From the NCBI GenBank assembly GCA_963845755.1, contig CAWJTV010000003.1, forward strand, positions 96,001 through 160,000: 64,000 bases of DNA. Reading direction: 5' to 3'. The notes beneath the pieces are model-generated. The model did not search any database and had not been told where the DNA came from. It worked only from the letters and a program-made list of their open reading frames with translations. This DNA comes from an uncultured Planctomycetota bacterium (GTDB taxonomy: Bacteria > Planctomycetota > Planctomycetia > Isosphaerales > Isosphaeraceae). The position numbers were made by a program, and so were the translations under genes. Shown here in pieces: positions 30,327-42,704 of this stretch; position 1 is the stretch's first letter; each line of letters opens with the position of its first letter.

Positions 30327-30640
30327 CGGAATTCCTCTTGTACCAGTCGGTTCAGGATTCGCAGTTGCCCGATCGTGATGTTTTCTGCCTCGTTCTTACT
30401 ATAGGCATATAACATGTAGAACGTCTCGGTCGGGCCATCCCAGTAGTAGATAATCCGGCATCCTCCCCGCTTGCCCCTGCCAGCAAGTGCCCACCGAATC
30501 TTACGCAAACCGCCGCTCTTCGGAATCACGGCACCTTCATCAGGACGGAGAATCAAAGCTTCTTGAAGCGCACGATAACGCTCGTGATCCAATAAGTTCT
30601 CAATCGCCTCGGAAAAAATCGGGGTTTCAAGGAATCGCAT
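30323..30640 (-). CDS. higB: RelE/HigB-2 family toxin
   Basis: FLETPIF, GGLRKIRW..GRGKRGGCRIIYY, YSKNE; 4-nt overlap with the antitoxin, toxin-first order. Confidence 0.88.
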   Translation of the reverse strand: MRFLETPIFSEAIENLLDHERYRALQEALILRPDEGAVIPKSGGLRKIRWALAGRGKRGGCRIIYYWDGPTETFYMLYAYSKNEAENITIGQLRILNRLVQEEFR

Positions 30641-30721
30641 TAAGGGTGGTTGTACGTCATTGGCGGACACAACGCAAGCCCAAGTCGATCCATGCGTGAC
30701 GATCTTTGGGCAGTGCCAACC

Positions 30722-32190
30722 CTACATCAAGTCACTCCCCAGCTCCCTCGCGATCCGCTCGAACACCTCGTCCCACTCTCCCCAGCGTCGCTGGCGGAAG
30801 AGTTTCATCGTAGGATACCACGGACTGTCATCCCGTCCGGACATCCATCGCCAGTCCGCGGCAAACGGCAGCGCAACCCAGACGGGCACGCCGAGCGCTC
30901 CGGCCAGGTGCGCTACGGCCGTGTCGGGGGCGATGACCAGATCGAGGTTCACGATCGCCGCCGCGGTATCCAGGAAGTCGACCAGGCCGCCGCTGAGGTC
31001 AGTCAATTCGAAGCGACCCCCGATCTCCCCGAGCTGTTCGCTCCCATGCCCTTTTTGCAGGCTGAAGAGACGGATTCCGGGCCGGAGCGCAATCGGCTCG
31101 AGCTGGGCCAATCGAAACGACCGCATGTGATCGCGCGTGTTCTGAGGATTTCCCTGCCAGACAATCCCGATCCTCAGCCCAACGGCGGTGTTCATCTGCC
31201 GGTGCCACGTTTCGACGAGTCCCTCATCGGGGGCCAGGTAGGGGACTTCGGCGGGGATGGTCGCCAGGGTGGTCCCGAAGATCCCGGGCAAGCTCATGAG
31301 CGGGGCGTACACCTCGAAATCGGGCAAACTGTCCCCCTCGCTCACGACGCGCTCGACGCCCGGACAGGTCGCCAGCAATCGGCCCAACGGCCGCCCGCAG
31401 GTGACGATCACCCGGCCGACCCGCCGTTGGACGAGCGGCGCGTATCGGATGAACTGCAAGGCATCGCCCACTCCATAGTCGGCATACAGGAGGATGGTCC
31501 GACCCTCGAGCGGGCTACCGTCCCAGGGCGGCCGGCGGAATGGCGGTATCGCGTATCGCTGGCACTTCAGCCGCCACTCGTACTCGGGCCATCCCCGCTC
31601 GAACTCTCCCCGCTCGAGCCAGGCCATCGCCCGGCTCAGGTGCACGTCGGCATGGTCCGGCTGGAGATCCAGCGCTTGGTCATAACACTCCAGCGCCTCG
31701 GCCATTCGCCCCTGGATGCGCAGCACGTTGCCAAGATTGTTCAGGGCCTCAATGTAGTCCGGCCTGAGCTGCACAGCCCGCCGATAATTCGTCTCGGCCT
31801 CGCCGAGCACCCCACGCTCATGATACGCGTTGCCCAGGTTGTTGTGGGCTTCGGCGTAATCCGGTTTGAGGGCCAGCGCCGCCGGAGCGAGGCGATGGCC
31901 TCGTCGCTCCGGCCCATCGCATGGAGCGCGACCCCCAGGTTATTGCAAGCTTCGGGGAACTCCGGCAACCACCGGATCGCCTCCTGATAGTTGACCACCG
32001 CCTCGACGAGCCGACCCTGAACCTGCTCGACCGCTCCGAGCATGTACCACGCGTGGGCAACCGCCGGGCTATGCTGGACGATCGTCCGATAGAGCCGTTC
32101 GGCTCGAACCAGGTCGCCGGCCTGAAAGGCGTCCCACGCGGCCGAGAGCACATCATTGATCGTTTCCATGAAGTCTTGGTCCCGAGTCAT
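30722..32190 (-). CDS. TPR protein with C-terminal GT9-like glycosyltransferase domain (frameshift near 31880)
   Basis: EALNNLGNVL TPR repeats; GWPEYEWR, GVGDALQFIRY, DLVIAPDTAVAHLAGALG, DSPWYP. Confidence 0.88.
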
Positions 32191-32673
32191 CGCACGGCGC
32201 CGGATTCTCGACGCCATGTCGCGAGGTTGCTCGTCTCGACGACTGATCCTGCATCCGGAGTTCGACCTCGATTCCCTACCCGTGACTTTACGGATTTCCT
32301 GGGCGGGAACCATGCGAAATCTGGTAAACTCAAGTCCAGAGTCCATACGGTTTCCAGGGTCGATGCTGGTCTGTGTGATTGCATAATCCAAATGTGCGGT
32401 TCGGTCCGACAGGAGACCCTCGCCCGGTCGGATGGAATTCGCTGAGCGGACTCGTCGGTTACGAGCACGAGGGCCTAACGAAGTGGTGAATTGGCACATC
32501 TGTTGCTAGTCACTGGTAACGCGACTGATGGCCGTGCTCGTCAGAGGCGGCCCGATCAGGCTGTCCGGTGGCGTGCGAGGCCGCCGGACCAGAGAGGTGG
32601 GCATGGTCCTTGAGGAAGTGGGGGCCGCTCAGTCACTTCGTCGAGAGCACCCGGGACGCGAAAAGAGACACGG

Positions 32674-33946
32674 ATGAGATGGGATCCCCGTTTCCACGGC
32701 AATGGCTGGCCGACGCTCGGCGTGGAGGTCGAGCTGCAACTGGTTGAACGCCAGGTCGCTGGCGTTGCGGAGCGCCATCGCCGAGGTCCTTGCCGAGCTA
32801 CCCCCCGAGTTGCACGATTCGGTCAAACCCGAGTTCATGCAGTGTTATGTGGAGATCAACACGGGTGTTTGCCGGACGGTCGACGAGGTCGAGGCCGATC
32901 TGACCCGGAAGATCCGGGCGGTCGAGTGGGCGGCCGATCGGCGCGGGGTCCGGCTGTTCTGGGCGGCGACCCACCCGTTCTCGCGCTGGCGGGACCAGCA
33001 GATCACACCCGACGAGCGGTACTACAAGCTGGCCGATTGGCTCCAGGAGACCGTGGTGCGTCCCGTGACGTTCGGGCTGCACGTCCACGTGGGGGTCGAT
33101 TCGGGCGACAAGGCCATCCGGGTCGCACATCGGATTCAGCGGCACTTGCCGGTGCTGCTGGCCATGTCGGCGAATAGCCCGTTCTGGCATGGGAGGATTA
33201 CCGGCCATCACGCCCACCGCATCGAGGTCCTGGAGGGATTCCCGACGGGCGGACTGATGCCGGCGCTGGGGTCGTGGGCCGAGTACCTCGATCTCGTCGC
33301 CCAGATGACCGAAGCGGGGTTCATCGACTCGCACCGGGAGCTGTGGTGGGACGTGCGGCCCAACGCCGAGCACGGCACGATCGAAGTCCGCATCTGCGAC
33401 ATGCCGGCCGACCTGCCCGACGTCCTGGGGCTCACCGCGATGATCCAGTGCCTGGTCCGCTGGCTCTCCGACGAGGTCAACCGCGGGACGACCGTGCCGG
33501 AGCCCCACCCGCTGATGGTCCGCCAGAACCGATGGCGGGCCTGCCGATTCGGCCTGGGAGCGGAACTGGTCAACCCCAACACGATGGAGTCGCTCCCCGC
33601 GCACCGCATCGCCGAAGAGCTGATTCGTCGACTTCGAAGGCTGTCCGGATTCCTGGGCTGCCGACGGCACCTCGACCACGCCCTCGACATGACGGCGAGC
33701 CCGACCGGCTCGCAACGTCAGATCGCGCTCTATGAGGAGGTTGGCGATCTCGCCGAGGTGGTTCGCCGGCTGACCCTGCGGAGCCGGCTCTCGGCGGGCC
33801 ACGGTGAGTGGTCCCCCTCCGAGCCATTGGCCGGATTCAGCGGGAAAGTGGGAGGCTGGCTCGCCGCGCCCTGTTCGACCGCCGTTGCCCCCAAGCGTGC
33901 CGATGATTTGAATACCGGGATGCTCGAGCCGATCGGCCGCGAGTGA
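32674..33946 (+). CDS. YbdK-family carboxylate-amine ligase (GCS2), frameshift near 32750
   Basis: TLGVEVELQLV, EINTGVC, FGLHVHVG, SANSPFW, WWDVRP, TIEVRICD. Confidence 0.9.
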
Positions 33947-33952
33947 GCCGCT

Positions 33953-36088
33953 TCATGGCAAGATTCGCATGCCGACCGCGGTGTTCAGCGCGAGCGTGCT
34001 CCGCCGATGCTTGACCAGCGCCATGACGCATCCGCGATCGACGAATATAAATTTTTGCATGGCACTCAAGACTGCGTCGAGTCCGATCTCGCCAGCCTGG
34101 TAGCGGCGTAGCGCCGCGTCGCGATGCTGCGAGGCGGCCTGCATTTCTTTCTCCAGCGCGGCCGGTTCCACGAGAGTCGCGCGGCACTCCCGATAGCATC
34201 GCTCGACCCGCGACCTGATCTGTCTCTCTGCCGTGGCGAGCTGGAGTTGCGATTGCCGCACGTTGATCTTGGCCCGCTCAGTCCCACCCTGGTTTCGGTT
34301 GTAGATCGGCAGCGGGACGGTCACGCCCAGAGCCCAGGACGTCGCGCCCTTGACGCCATTCGGGCTGTTGTCCTGGAATGTATAGGGTTGGTAGAGGGTG
34401 TACACATCGGAACCGGCGAGCCGTTTTGTCTCCTCGTTCAAATCGGCTTGTGCCCGCTGCAGGCCGAGGCGCAACGCGACGAGGTCCGAACGTGACTCCA
34501 GGGCGAGCCGGATCAGATCGTCGAGGGGAGGAATCGACCGCACCGGGGGTAACTCCTCGACTTTGTAGAGGTACAGTACCTTTTCATCAGGAATCTCGAT
34601 GAGCAAGCCGAGGCGGTGCCAGATTCGATACAAGGTCTCTTGCGTCATGAGGAACTGTGTCTTGGACTCCTCGTAAGCCGATTTGGTGGAGGTGAGGTCT
34701 TCCCGCGATCCGGTTCCCTGACTCAACCGGGTTTCGGTCGCTCTGACGACCCGTCCCCAGGTCTTGCGGTTCTCTCGGGCTTGCTGGGCCTTTTCCTGGG
34801 CCGCCTGAAGGTCAACGAATACCGTGCAAAGGCTGTCGATCTGCTCGCAAATGCTGTCCTGCAACTGGGCCTCGGCGACCGTCCTGGCCGCCGTCTCCGA
34901 TCGCGGGCGGGTCCGCCGCTTGAAGGAGACGTCCGGGGGATAGCTGATGTTGGTGTCGAACTGAGGTCTGGCGCGGAAGTTAGCCGCGAGGACATCGGCA
35001 CGCGCCATCGGGATCTCCAGGCGACCCGGCGCGACAGAGAGGTTCTTCTTGATCAAGAGGTCGATCGCGGTTTCCAGGGTCATCACGCTGGCGGGATGCG
35101 CCTTCTCGGGAATTGCAAGGGCATCACGCTTGTCTCCGAGAAGTTTCAACTCGAGATCCTCGGCCTCTGGTGCCGATGGCCGACCCTCGGAGATGCGAGC
35201 CGCGCCGATCTTGTCGTCAGGGTCCTTGGCGGCCAATGCGATGCCTCCGGCCGCGGCGAGCCCAAGCGTTGCGACCACCACCGCGCCGACCATCCATCGG
35301 GTCACGAGCATCATCGTCAGGACTCCTTCCATCAGCTCGGCGACGGCCGCCGAGATGCCCAGCGAGCTCACCCCACCCGGAGTGAGCGTCCTCGCGGAAC
35401 GGATCGTCGCGGAGATCAAGGCGGGCGGCACCCCGATCGCGTGGAGCTGCGACTCCGATGCCTCTCGAGGTCTCGCCGGCGCGACTCCGGTCTTGCGGGA
35501 TAGCCGTATTCGAAGGAGGCCGCGTGCTTTGGCCAGCCGTCCCCGAATCGTGCCTTCCGACACCCGCAGCAGCCGGGCCGCCGACCGGTAAGTCATCTCC
35601 TCGAGGTAGCAGAGGACCACCGGGCGCCGCAGGGACTCCGGCAGGCCATCGATCTCCTCGCGGAGGGCCGACGTGATGTCGTGCCGATCCTCGCAATCGC
35701 CGTCCAACCGACCGGCAAACTGCTGCTCGTGCCGTCGCCTTCGCGCTGCGGCGACGCGCGCCTTCCGCGCGACGCGCAGGGCGACCCCGTACAACCAGGA
35801 GCCCAGCGCTTCCGGATGTCCGATCGATCCCGAACCCGCGCGATGGGCCAGGATCAGGAAGGTCGCCTGGAAGGCGTCCTCGGCGTCGTTCGGGTCGGCC
35901 AGGACGCGGCGGCAGGCCCTCAGGACCGAAGGCCCATGGCGCATGACCAGGGCCTCGAATGCCTCTTCGCGGTCATCGCGCCGCGCGAAGAGGTCCAGCA
36001 GTTCGGCGTCCGTCTTGTGGCCGATCGCCCCGCGGGTGAAGAGTGTCCCGAGCTGCCGAAGTCCCCTGCCCGATTGAACGCCCACCAT
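33953..36088 (-). CDS. ECF sigma factor fused through a TM helix to a TolC/outer-membrane-efflux-like domain
   Basis: AEDAFQATFLIL and LPESLRRPVVLCYLEE sigma regions; TM near aa 260-285; LGVTVPLPIYNRNQG and RYQAGEIG motifs; one continuous 711-aa ORF. Confidence 0.8.
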   Translation of the reverse strand: MVGVQSGRGLRQLGTLFTRGAIGHKTDAELLDLFARRDDREEAFEALVMRHGPSVLRACRRVLADPNDAEDAFQATFLILAHRAGSGSIGHPEALGSWLYGVALRVARKARVAAARRRRHEQQFAGRLDGDCEDRHDITSALREEIDGLPESLRRPVVLCYLEEMTYRSAARLLRVSEGTIRGRLAKARGLLRIRLSRKTGVAPARPREASESQLHAIGVPPALISATIRSARTLTPGGVSSLGISAAVAELMEGVLTMMLVTRWMVGAVVVATLGLAAAGGIALAAKDPDDKIGAARISEGRPSAPEAEDLELKLLGDKRDALAIPEKAHPASVMTLETAIDLLIKKNLSVAPGRLEIPMARADVLAANFRARPQFDTNISYPPDVSFKRRTRPRSETAARTVAEAQLQDSICEQIDSLCTVFVDLQAAQEKAQQARENRKTWGRVVRATETRLSQGTGSREDLTSTKSAYEESKTQFLMTQETLYRIWHRLGLLIEIPDEKVLYLYKVEELPPVRSIPPLDDLIRLALESRSDLVALRLGLQRAQADLNEETKRLAGSDVYTLYQPYTFQDNSPNGVKGATSWALGVTVPLPIYNRNQGGTERAKINVRQSQLQLATAERQIRSRVERCYRECRATLVEPAALEKEMQAASQHRDAALRRYQAGEIGLDAVLSAMQKFIFVDRGCVMALVKHRRSTLALNTAVGMRILP

Positions 36089-36187
36089 GGCTTTCGCTCC
36101 CCCGCGTCGACGTCCGTTCCTCCTCTACTGCCCGGCCGAGGGTGGATCCTCATGATTATCTCCGGAGATTCCGGAATCTGCTGGAGG

Positions 36188-36220
36188 CAACAAAAAACCC
36201 CGGCTCGAATTCCGGGGTTG
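36188..36220 (-). terminator. Intrinsic terminator downstream of the ferredoxin gene
   Basis: Minus strand AACCCCGG-aattcgag-CCGGGGTT followed by TTTTGTT. Confidence 0.75.
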
Positions 36221-36285
36221 CGTTCCGAGTTGACCTCCGCCCTAGTCGGGATGGCTCGGCTGGCCGTTGCCGGGCTCCGCGGCCC

Positions 36286-36591
36286 TCACTTCTTCTTCCG
36301 GGTCTTGTCGCACGATTCGGCTTCCAGGGCGTCCTTCTTCTCGTTGATCACCGGGCAGAGGGGCGACTGCTCGGCGTTGAGCGCCGTGAAGTCCTTCCAT
36401 TCGTCGGGCAAGTTGTCTTCGTGGAAGATCGCCTCGACGGGACACTCGGGGACGCACGCCTCGCAGTCGATGCACTCGTCGGGGTGGATGTAGAGCATCT
36501 GAGCCCCTTCGTAGAAACAGTCGACCGGGCATACGACCACGCAATCAGTGTACTTGCAGTCGAAGCAGGGCTCGGCGACGATGTGAGCCAT
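36286..36591 (-). CDS. fdxA: 7Fe/8Fe ferredoxin (FdxA type)
   Basis: [20 protein letters not shown]...[17 protein letters not shown]. Confidence 0.92.
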   Translation of the reverse strand: MAHIVAEPCFDCKYTDCVVVCPVDCFYEGAQMLYIHPDECIDCEACVPECPVEAIFHEDNLPDEWKDFTALNAEQSPLCPVINEKKDALEAESCDKTRKKK

Positions 36592-36760
36592 TCGCGACTC
36601 CTTAAGTCTGGCCGGTATGGGACAACAGGACAAGAACCCCAATCCTGCGGTCGGGAGACCGCGGCACTCCGAAGGTATCTCGCCGGAGATCTAGCCATCT
36701 TAGAGGCCGCCCACGGGGCGGTCAAGGTCCCGCCCCGGCGACCCATTTCGACCCGAAAGG

Positions 36761-37390
36761 CTACGAACTCTTGGCCTTCCGCCGAGCGCTCTTGATGATG
36801 ATCGTCTTGACGGGAACGTCCTTCATTCTCCGGCCATTGGCATCCGGACGTACGCCGGTTTCCACGTTCGCGATGTTGTTGACCACATCCATCCCGCCGA
36901 TCACCTTGCCGAAGACCGCATAGCCCCCCCTGAAGTCGTCGAGCTTGCGGTTGTCGCCATGATTGATGAAGAACTGGCAGGTCGCGGAGTTCGGATCATC
37001 CGTGCGTGCCATGGCGATCGTGCCTGGGGCGTTGCTCAGGCCGTTACTCGACTCGTTCACGATCGGCGCACGCTTGCCCTCTTCCTTCTCGCTCAACTTC
37101 GCGTCGAGCCCGCCGCCCTGGATCATGAACCCGCGGATCACGCGATGGAACGTCAAGTTGTCGTAAAACTTTTCGTTGACATACTTCAGGAAGTTCTCGA
37201 CGGTCTTCGGCGCTTTCTCCGGGTCGAGTTGGATCGTGATCTCGCCCATGCTGGTGTCGAGGACCACCACGGGATGCTTGTCGTCGGCCTGGGCGGCCGC
37301 CGAGCCGGCAGCCAGGTTCAAGCCCACCGAGAAGCCGAGGACCCAGATGATGACAATCGCGCTGTTTCTCAAGATTCGTCCCACTGTCAT
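36761..37390 (-). CDS. Cyclophilin-type peptidyl-prolyl isomerase, exported
   Basis: APKTVENF, FHRVIRGFMIQGGG, IAMART, QFFIN, YAVFGKV. Confidence 0.93.
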   Translation of the reverse strand: MTVGRILRNSAIVIIWVLGFSVGLNLAAGSAAAQADDKHPVVVLDTSMGEITIQLDPEKAPKTVENFLKYVNEKFYDNLTFHRVIRGFMIQGGGLDAKLSEKEEGKRAPIVNESSNGLSNAPGTIAMARTDDPNSATCQFFINHGDNRKLDDFRGGYAVFGKVIGGMDVVNNIANVETGVRPDANGRRMKDVPVKTIIIKSARRKAKSS

Positions 37391-37622
37391 GGCTGACAAT
37401 CGCTCCCCAAAGAGACACTCTGCATCCGTCGTTGATCCCGCTTTTCAACCGTCCGGATCAGGGCGACTCTAACAAACTCAGCGTGGGGCTGTCGAGCAGT
37501 ACGCAGTAGGCCGTGAAGATCTCGGATATCGGAATTCCGGACTGGGTTCGGGTCCCCTGAGTCCCACGGTAAAGTCTCTGGTAGCCGCATTCATGGACTG
37601 CCGACTGCCTACTATCGACTCC

Positions 37623-40600
37623 CTACTGCTCCGGGCTAATTCGCGCGGACACCTCCGCCGAGACTCTGGACGAGGTGTTCCGCCTCGTGGGCCATGGTGG
37701 GGCTGAGGCGTTCGCGCGCAGCAGGGCCTTGTTCAGGTGCACTTTCGCCTTGGTGGCGCGGCTGGAGTCGGCTGCGAGCAGCCTTCCGAAGTGGAAATTG
37801 AGGGTCGGGTTTTCCGGGGACTTCTTCAGGCCATCGAGGTAGGACTGTTCGGCGTCGAGGGTCTGTCCGATCGATTCCTGGATGGTACCGAGGGTATCGA
37901 AGAACTCGCCGGGTAGGTCGGTCGGGGCGACGTGTTTTTGCAGGTTGGTGGCGAGCTCGAGGGCTTCCTGGCTCCGTTCGAGGTAGGTGTGGAGGATCCA
38001 CGCCTTGTTGTTGGCGGCCTCGATCGAGCCGGGCTGGACCTTGAGCACGCGGTCGTATTCCTGGACGGCACTCTTGAAGGTATCGCGGGCGACGGTGCGG
38101 TCGGAATGGCTCTCGGCGATGGCGAGCAGGAGGTCGCCGAGGTTGAGATGGGCGGCGGGGGTATCGAGCTTGTCCGCGGCCTGCCGGGCCAGGGGGAGGG
38201 CCAGTTCGAGCTGGCCGGCCCTGTGGAAACCGATGGCCAGTGCGAGGATCATGCGGCCCTTGTCATCGCGGCGACTGACGTCGTCGGCGATGCGGCGGGC
38301 CTCGGCCAGGTCGGCCGCAACGGGGGCCTGATCCCCGGGCCGCCGCTCCGCCAGCAGTTGGACGAGCTGGCCGGCCGCGACTCCGTCAGCCGGGTTGGCC
38401 TGAAGGTCGGCCTTCAGCACGGCGATCGCGGCGGCGCGATCCCCCTTCGAACCGTCGGTCGCCGTCGCGCCCCGTTTCGGCTTCAGGTAGATCTCGGCCA
38501 GCGTTTGGTAGGCCTCGGCGAACGTGGGATTGTCCTTGATGACCTGCTCGAGCCGGGCGATGGCTTCCCTCGCCGGGACTCGTTCTCGCTGGAGGTCGCG
38601 CCGGACTCGGTCATGGCGCGGGCCCAGAGCAACAGGGCATCGGGCCGGTTCTTCTCGTTGTCCAACACGAGGGTGGCCTGGCGGAGCGCCTCCTCGGGCT
38701 GGTCGTTCTTGAGCTGGGTCTGCCCGAGCAGGATCCGGAGTTCGAGCTGGCGGCGGGGCTCGCGCTCGCGATCGAGGGCCTCGGTATAAGCCTCGGCGAC
38801 CTCGCGAAGCATATTCCGCGCGTTGAAGAGCCGGGCTCGGAAGAGCGGTCCCAGGGTCGAAGTGTTGGCCAGCTCATCGATCTCGTGGGTGAGGGCCATG
38901 GCCCGGGTGAAGTCGCCGTCCCGCGCCGCCATGTCGCATTCGGCCTGGAGGAAGGCCAGCGCCTTGGGATAACGGCTGCGGAATTCGCGGATCATGGCCA
39001 CCGCCCGATCATTGAGCTGCCTCTGGCGGTCGGATTGGTTCCGAGCGCCGGCCTCGGCGGCCTTCAGCGACACGATCTGGACCAGCGCCGCCGCCAGGTT
39101 CGACTCGTCCGGGAACTCCTGATGGAGCTCGGTGAGGAGCTGTTCGGCCCGGTCGTACTGCCTTTGTTCGCGGCACTTCTCGACCAGAAGGCGGCGGAAT
39201 GGCCCCTTGGGATCCGCCTTGGCCTTGTCCTCGACGAACTCCAGCGCGCCCTTCGGATCGCCGGCGGCGCCCAGGGCGAGATACTTGGCCTGGACCAGCT
39301 CGTAGGCCGTCGGCTGCGCTTCCAGGCCGGTATCGAGGACTTTCAGCGCGCGCTTCAAGGCATCGGTGGCCGGCGGGGTCTCGTTCTCGACGGCAGCCAA
39401 CATCAGGTAGAAGACCGCCGGTGGCTTCTCCTTGGGATTCTGGAGCGTCACCTCGATCGCCTTGCGGAGGATGGCCGCGGCCTGGGCGTGCTCCTTGGCG
39501 CGCAGGAGGATCAAGGATCGCGTGACAACGGCGGACGGGTTGGCCGGCTGGACGCGAAGGACATAGTCGATCTGGGCCAGGGCGGCATCGAGCTCCCCCT
39601 GCTGGCGGTAGTAATTGGCGCCTCTGACGCGCTCCTCAGCGGTGGGCGGCTGCTTGGGATCATTGAGGATCGCGGCGATCTCGCGCTTGGCCAGCGTCCA
39701 TTGCCCCTTGTTGACATAAGCCGAGATCAGCATCCAGCGGTCGCGTCGGCAGAGCGTGCCGGTCTGGCTGCTCTTCTTGAGCTCTTCGAATCGGCGAATG
39801 GCCGCGTCGAAGTCGCGGGATTGGAACGAGAGGTTCGCCAGGGCCGACTGGGCCGCGGACAGGAGCGTGATGCCCGTGTCGACCTCCTTGACCGGCTTGT
39901 CGCGGACGATCTCCTCGAGGGCCTGGGTGGCCTCGGCGACGGAGCCGTTGCGACCGACGAGCTGGGCTTTCTGGAGCTGGACAATCTTGTTCTCGGGGTC
40001 TTTCTTCAGGGCTTCGTTGAAGTGTTCGAGGGCCTCGCCGGCCTTGCCCCGCTTGATCGCGATCTGGGCGTCGATGATGTCGGAGACCGCGGCCTCCTTC
40101 CATCGCGTCCGGATCTGGGCGACGACCGTCGCGGCTTCGTCGAGCCGGTCTTGATCCAGTTCGAGGCTCGCGAGCTGGACCAGCGGTTCGGAGCTGTCGG
40201 ACCGATCCGCGATCCCGCGAAGCAGCTCGCGGGCCTTGTCCAGGTTCTTGAGTTCTTCGGACTGGATCTGGGCACGCAGGATCACGAGCTTGACGCGGTC
40301 GGGCTGGTCGCGGAGGAACGCTTCGAGGACTTGATCGGCTTCCTGGGGCTTCTTGTCCTTGACCTTCAGGGAGGCCTCCAGACCAGCAAGTTCGGCGCTT
40401 CGCGGATACTTCGAACGCGCCGTGCGGAGAAGCTCCTTGGCCTCGGGCTTCTTCCCGGTCTCCTGGAGGATCAGGATGGCCAGTTGCTCGGCGGCTTCTC
40501 CCCCTTTGCCCTGGGCGCGCAACGGCTGGAGCCGCGCCATGGCCTGATCGTATCGGCCCAACTGGACGTCGATCTGGGCCAGCCGGATGATGGCCGAGGG

Positions 40601-42329
40601 CGTCGTGGCCTGTCCTGCGGCCACGGCCTTGTCGAACTCCTCGACGGCTTTCTTCAGGTCTTCCGGACTCCGCCGTGCCTGATAGAGCTCGCCCTGGAGA
40701 AGGTGGAGCGTCCCCTCCATCTCGCGCGGGAGGTTGCCCTGGTCAACCTGCTGGAGCAGCGAGCGAACGATGGGCTCGGCCTCCTCGGGATAGCCGGCCT
40801 GGAGGATCGTCCAGGCGGCCCACAACTGGTACTGCGGTTCGAGGCTGCCCAGGCGCACGGCGTTCTGGAGGTACTGGCGGCCGAGGTTCGGCTCCTGGGC
40901 CAGGACCAGCGCCACGCCATAACGCGCCTGGGCCTCGGCGAGGTTGGGTAGTGCGGTCGCTGCGGCCTTGAGGTGGACCAGGGCACTGGCACGGAACTTC
41001 GACAGTGCGGACGGCTCCGTCGGAGCGGCTGCACCGGACTCCGCCGCCTCACGGGCCATGCCCGAGCGGTCGAGATCGATCGAGCCGGCGAACAGGTGAC
41101 CGAGCGCCTTGGAACGGCGGCTCCTGACCATTCAGGAGCGCCTGAATGTGCGGTTCGGCCTTGGTGAATCGCTCGGCGTCCTCGACACGAGCCAGGATCA
41201 TTTCTGTGGCCACCGTGTGCAGTCCCAGCACCAATTGAGGGCCGGTTCGACGCGGCCCCTGGGCCTGGGCGGTCTTCAACGCCCGGTCGATGACCTCCAG
41301 GCAGCGATCTGCCTGCCGGCGGAACCGAAGGTGCTCGGCATAGGACAGGTAGGTCTGAAGGTCGGGCTGCCGGCCCTCGGCGAGGGCCTGCTGGAATACC
41401 GAGTCCAGATCGACCTCGATCGCAGCAACCAGTTTCTCGACCGCCTTCTGACCGTCGGGCGGGAGCTTCGCCGACTGGGCCGTGAGTGCCTTCTGGGTTT
41501 GCTCCAGCAGGATCTGAAGCCGGGCCACCCGTGTCGGCGGCATCTCCTCGGGCTTGCCCAGCCCCTTGACCTGCTCCAGGAGCCGGGCCACCTGGCCGGA
41601 GAGCTGCGGCCATCGGCGTTCACTCCGGATCTCGAGCGCCGTGAGCCGGAGCTGGGCAAACCGGTCAACCGGATCCGGATCGGCGGCCAACGTCGTCGCA
41701 CCCGCCTCGGCGAAGGTCGCGCTGCGCGCCGCATCGTCCCCGGTCAGGTCGGCCAGCCTGGCGCGGATCCACAACCGACTCACGGGCGAAGCCTTGACCT
41801 TGTTCAGGACGTCGAGATGCCGTTTGATCTCCGGGACATTGGGAGTGTGCTCCTCGAGGGCCTCCGCGGCCAGGATGTAGTGCGCCTCGGCGTCCTCCGG
41901 CTCGACGGTCAAGAGTTCCTTGGCCCAATAGACCGAGTCCAGCGGCAGGTCCTGAGCCATCGCGTCCTGGAGGAGTGCCTTACGAGGCCCCTTCAGGGCC
42001 TTGCCGAACTTGACCGCATTGACCAGGTTCCCAAGCCATTCGCCACGCAGCACGGCGTGCTTCTCGGCGGGAGCATTCTGGGCCCATTCGCGGTAGAGGC
42101 CAGCGAACTCCTCATAGATCTGGCGCTCCGGCCATCGATCTGGAGTGCTTGCTTGTAATGAATCTCGGCATCCTCGAAGCGGCCGGCATCGCGGGCGGCC
42201 CGCGCGAGCTTCAAGGTACCCTGAGAGGAGCCGCGGGGCCAGCGTCATGATGATGGCGAAGACACCCACCAGGGCCACGACCACGAACAGCCCCGAAAGG
42301 ATCAGCAAAGGTTTCCAGCGAACGGTCAT
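37623..42329 (-). CDS. Giant TPR-repeat protein with N-terminal membrane anchor (several apparent frameshifts)
   Basis: Consecutive ORFs 41049-42425, 41993-42214, 38483-41131 and 37623-38420; TPR-like helices, AANNKAWIL...DTLGTI. Confidence 0.8.
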
Positions 42330-42704
42330 CGGGCGTTCCTCCTTTGGCTCGAGACGCCGTACCGCGCGACGTGGCAGCCCAACCGCGGCAGTGACCTTCC
42401 GGGGCACGGCGCGGACCATCGGCATGCGGTGTTGGAAATCCAGGGGGAATGAGCATCACGGCGCCTGGCGGCGCCATGAGACAATGGGGTGCGCGGCGCA
42501 GTCCATCTTGCAAGGATCGGCGAGTCGCCGTCCCGGACCGGTTCGCGGGGGCCTGATTCAAGAGGGGCGATCCCATCTGCCCTGATACCTCAACGAGGTC
42601 GCAATCCATTGCCGTTTGATCCCGGCATCGGGCAGGCGACAGAATAGAGATTCTCCGCCCCGGCATCAAGCGGAGTTTTCCACCTTTCGCCTCTACGCCT
42701 CTAC

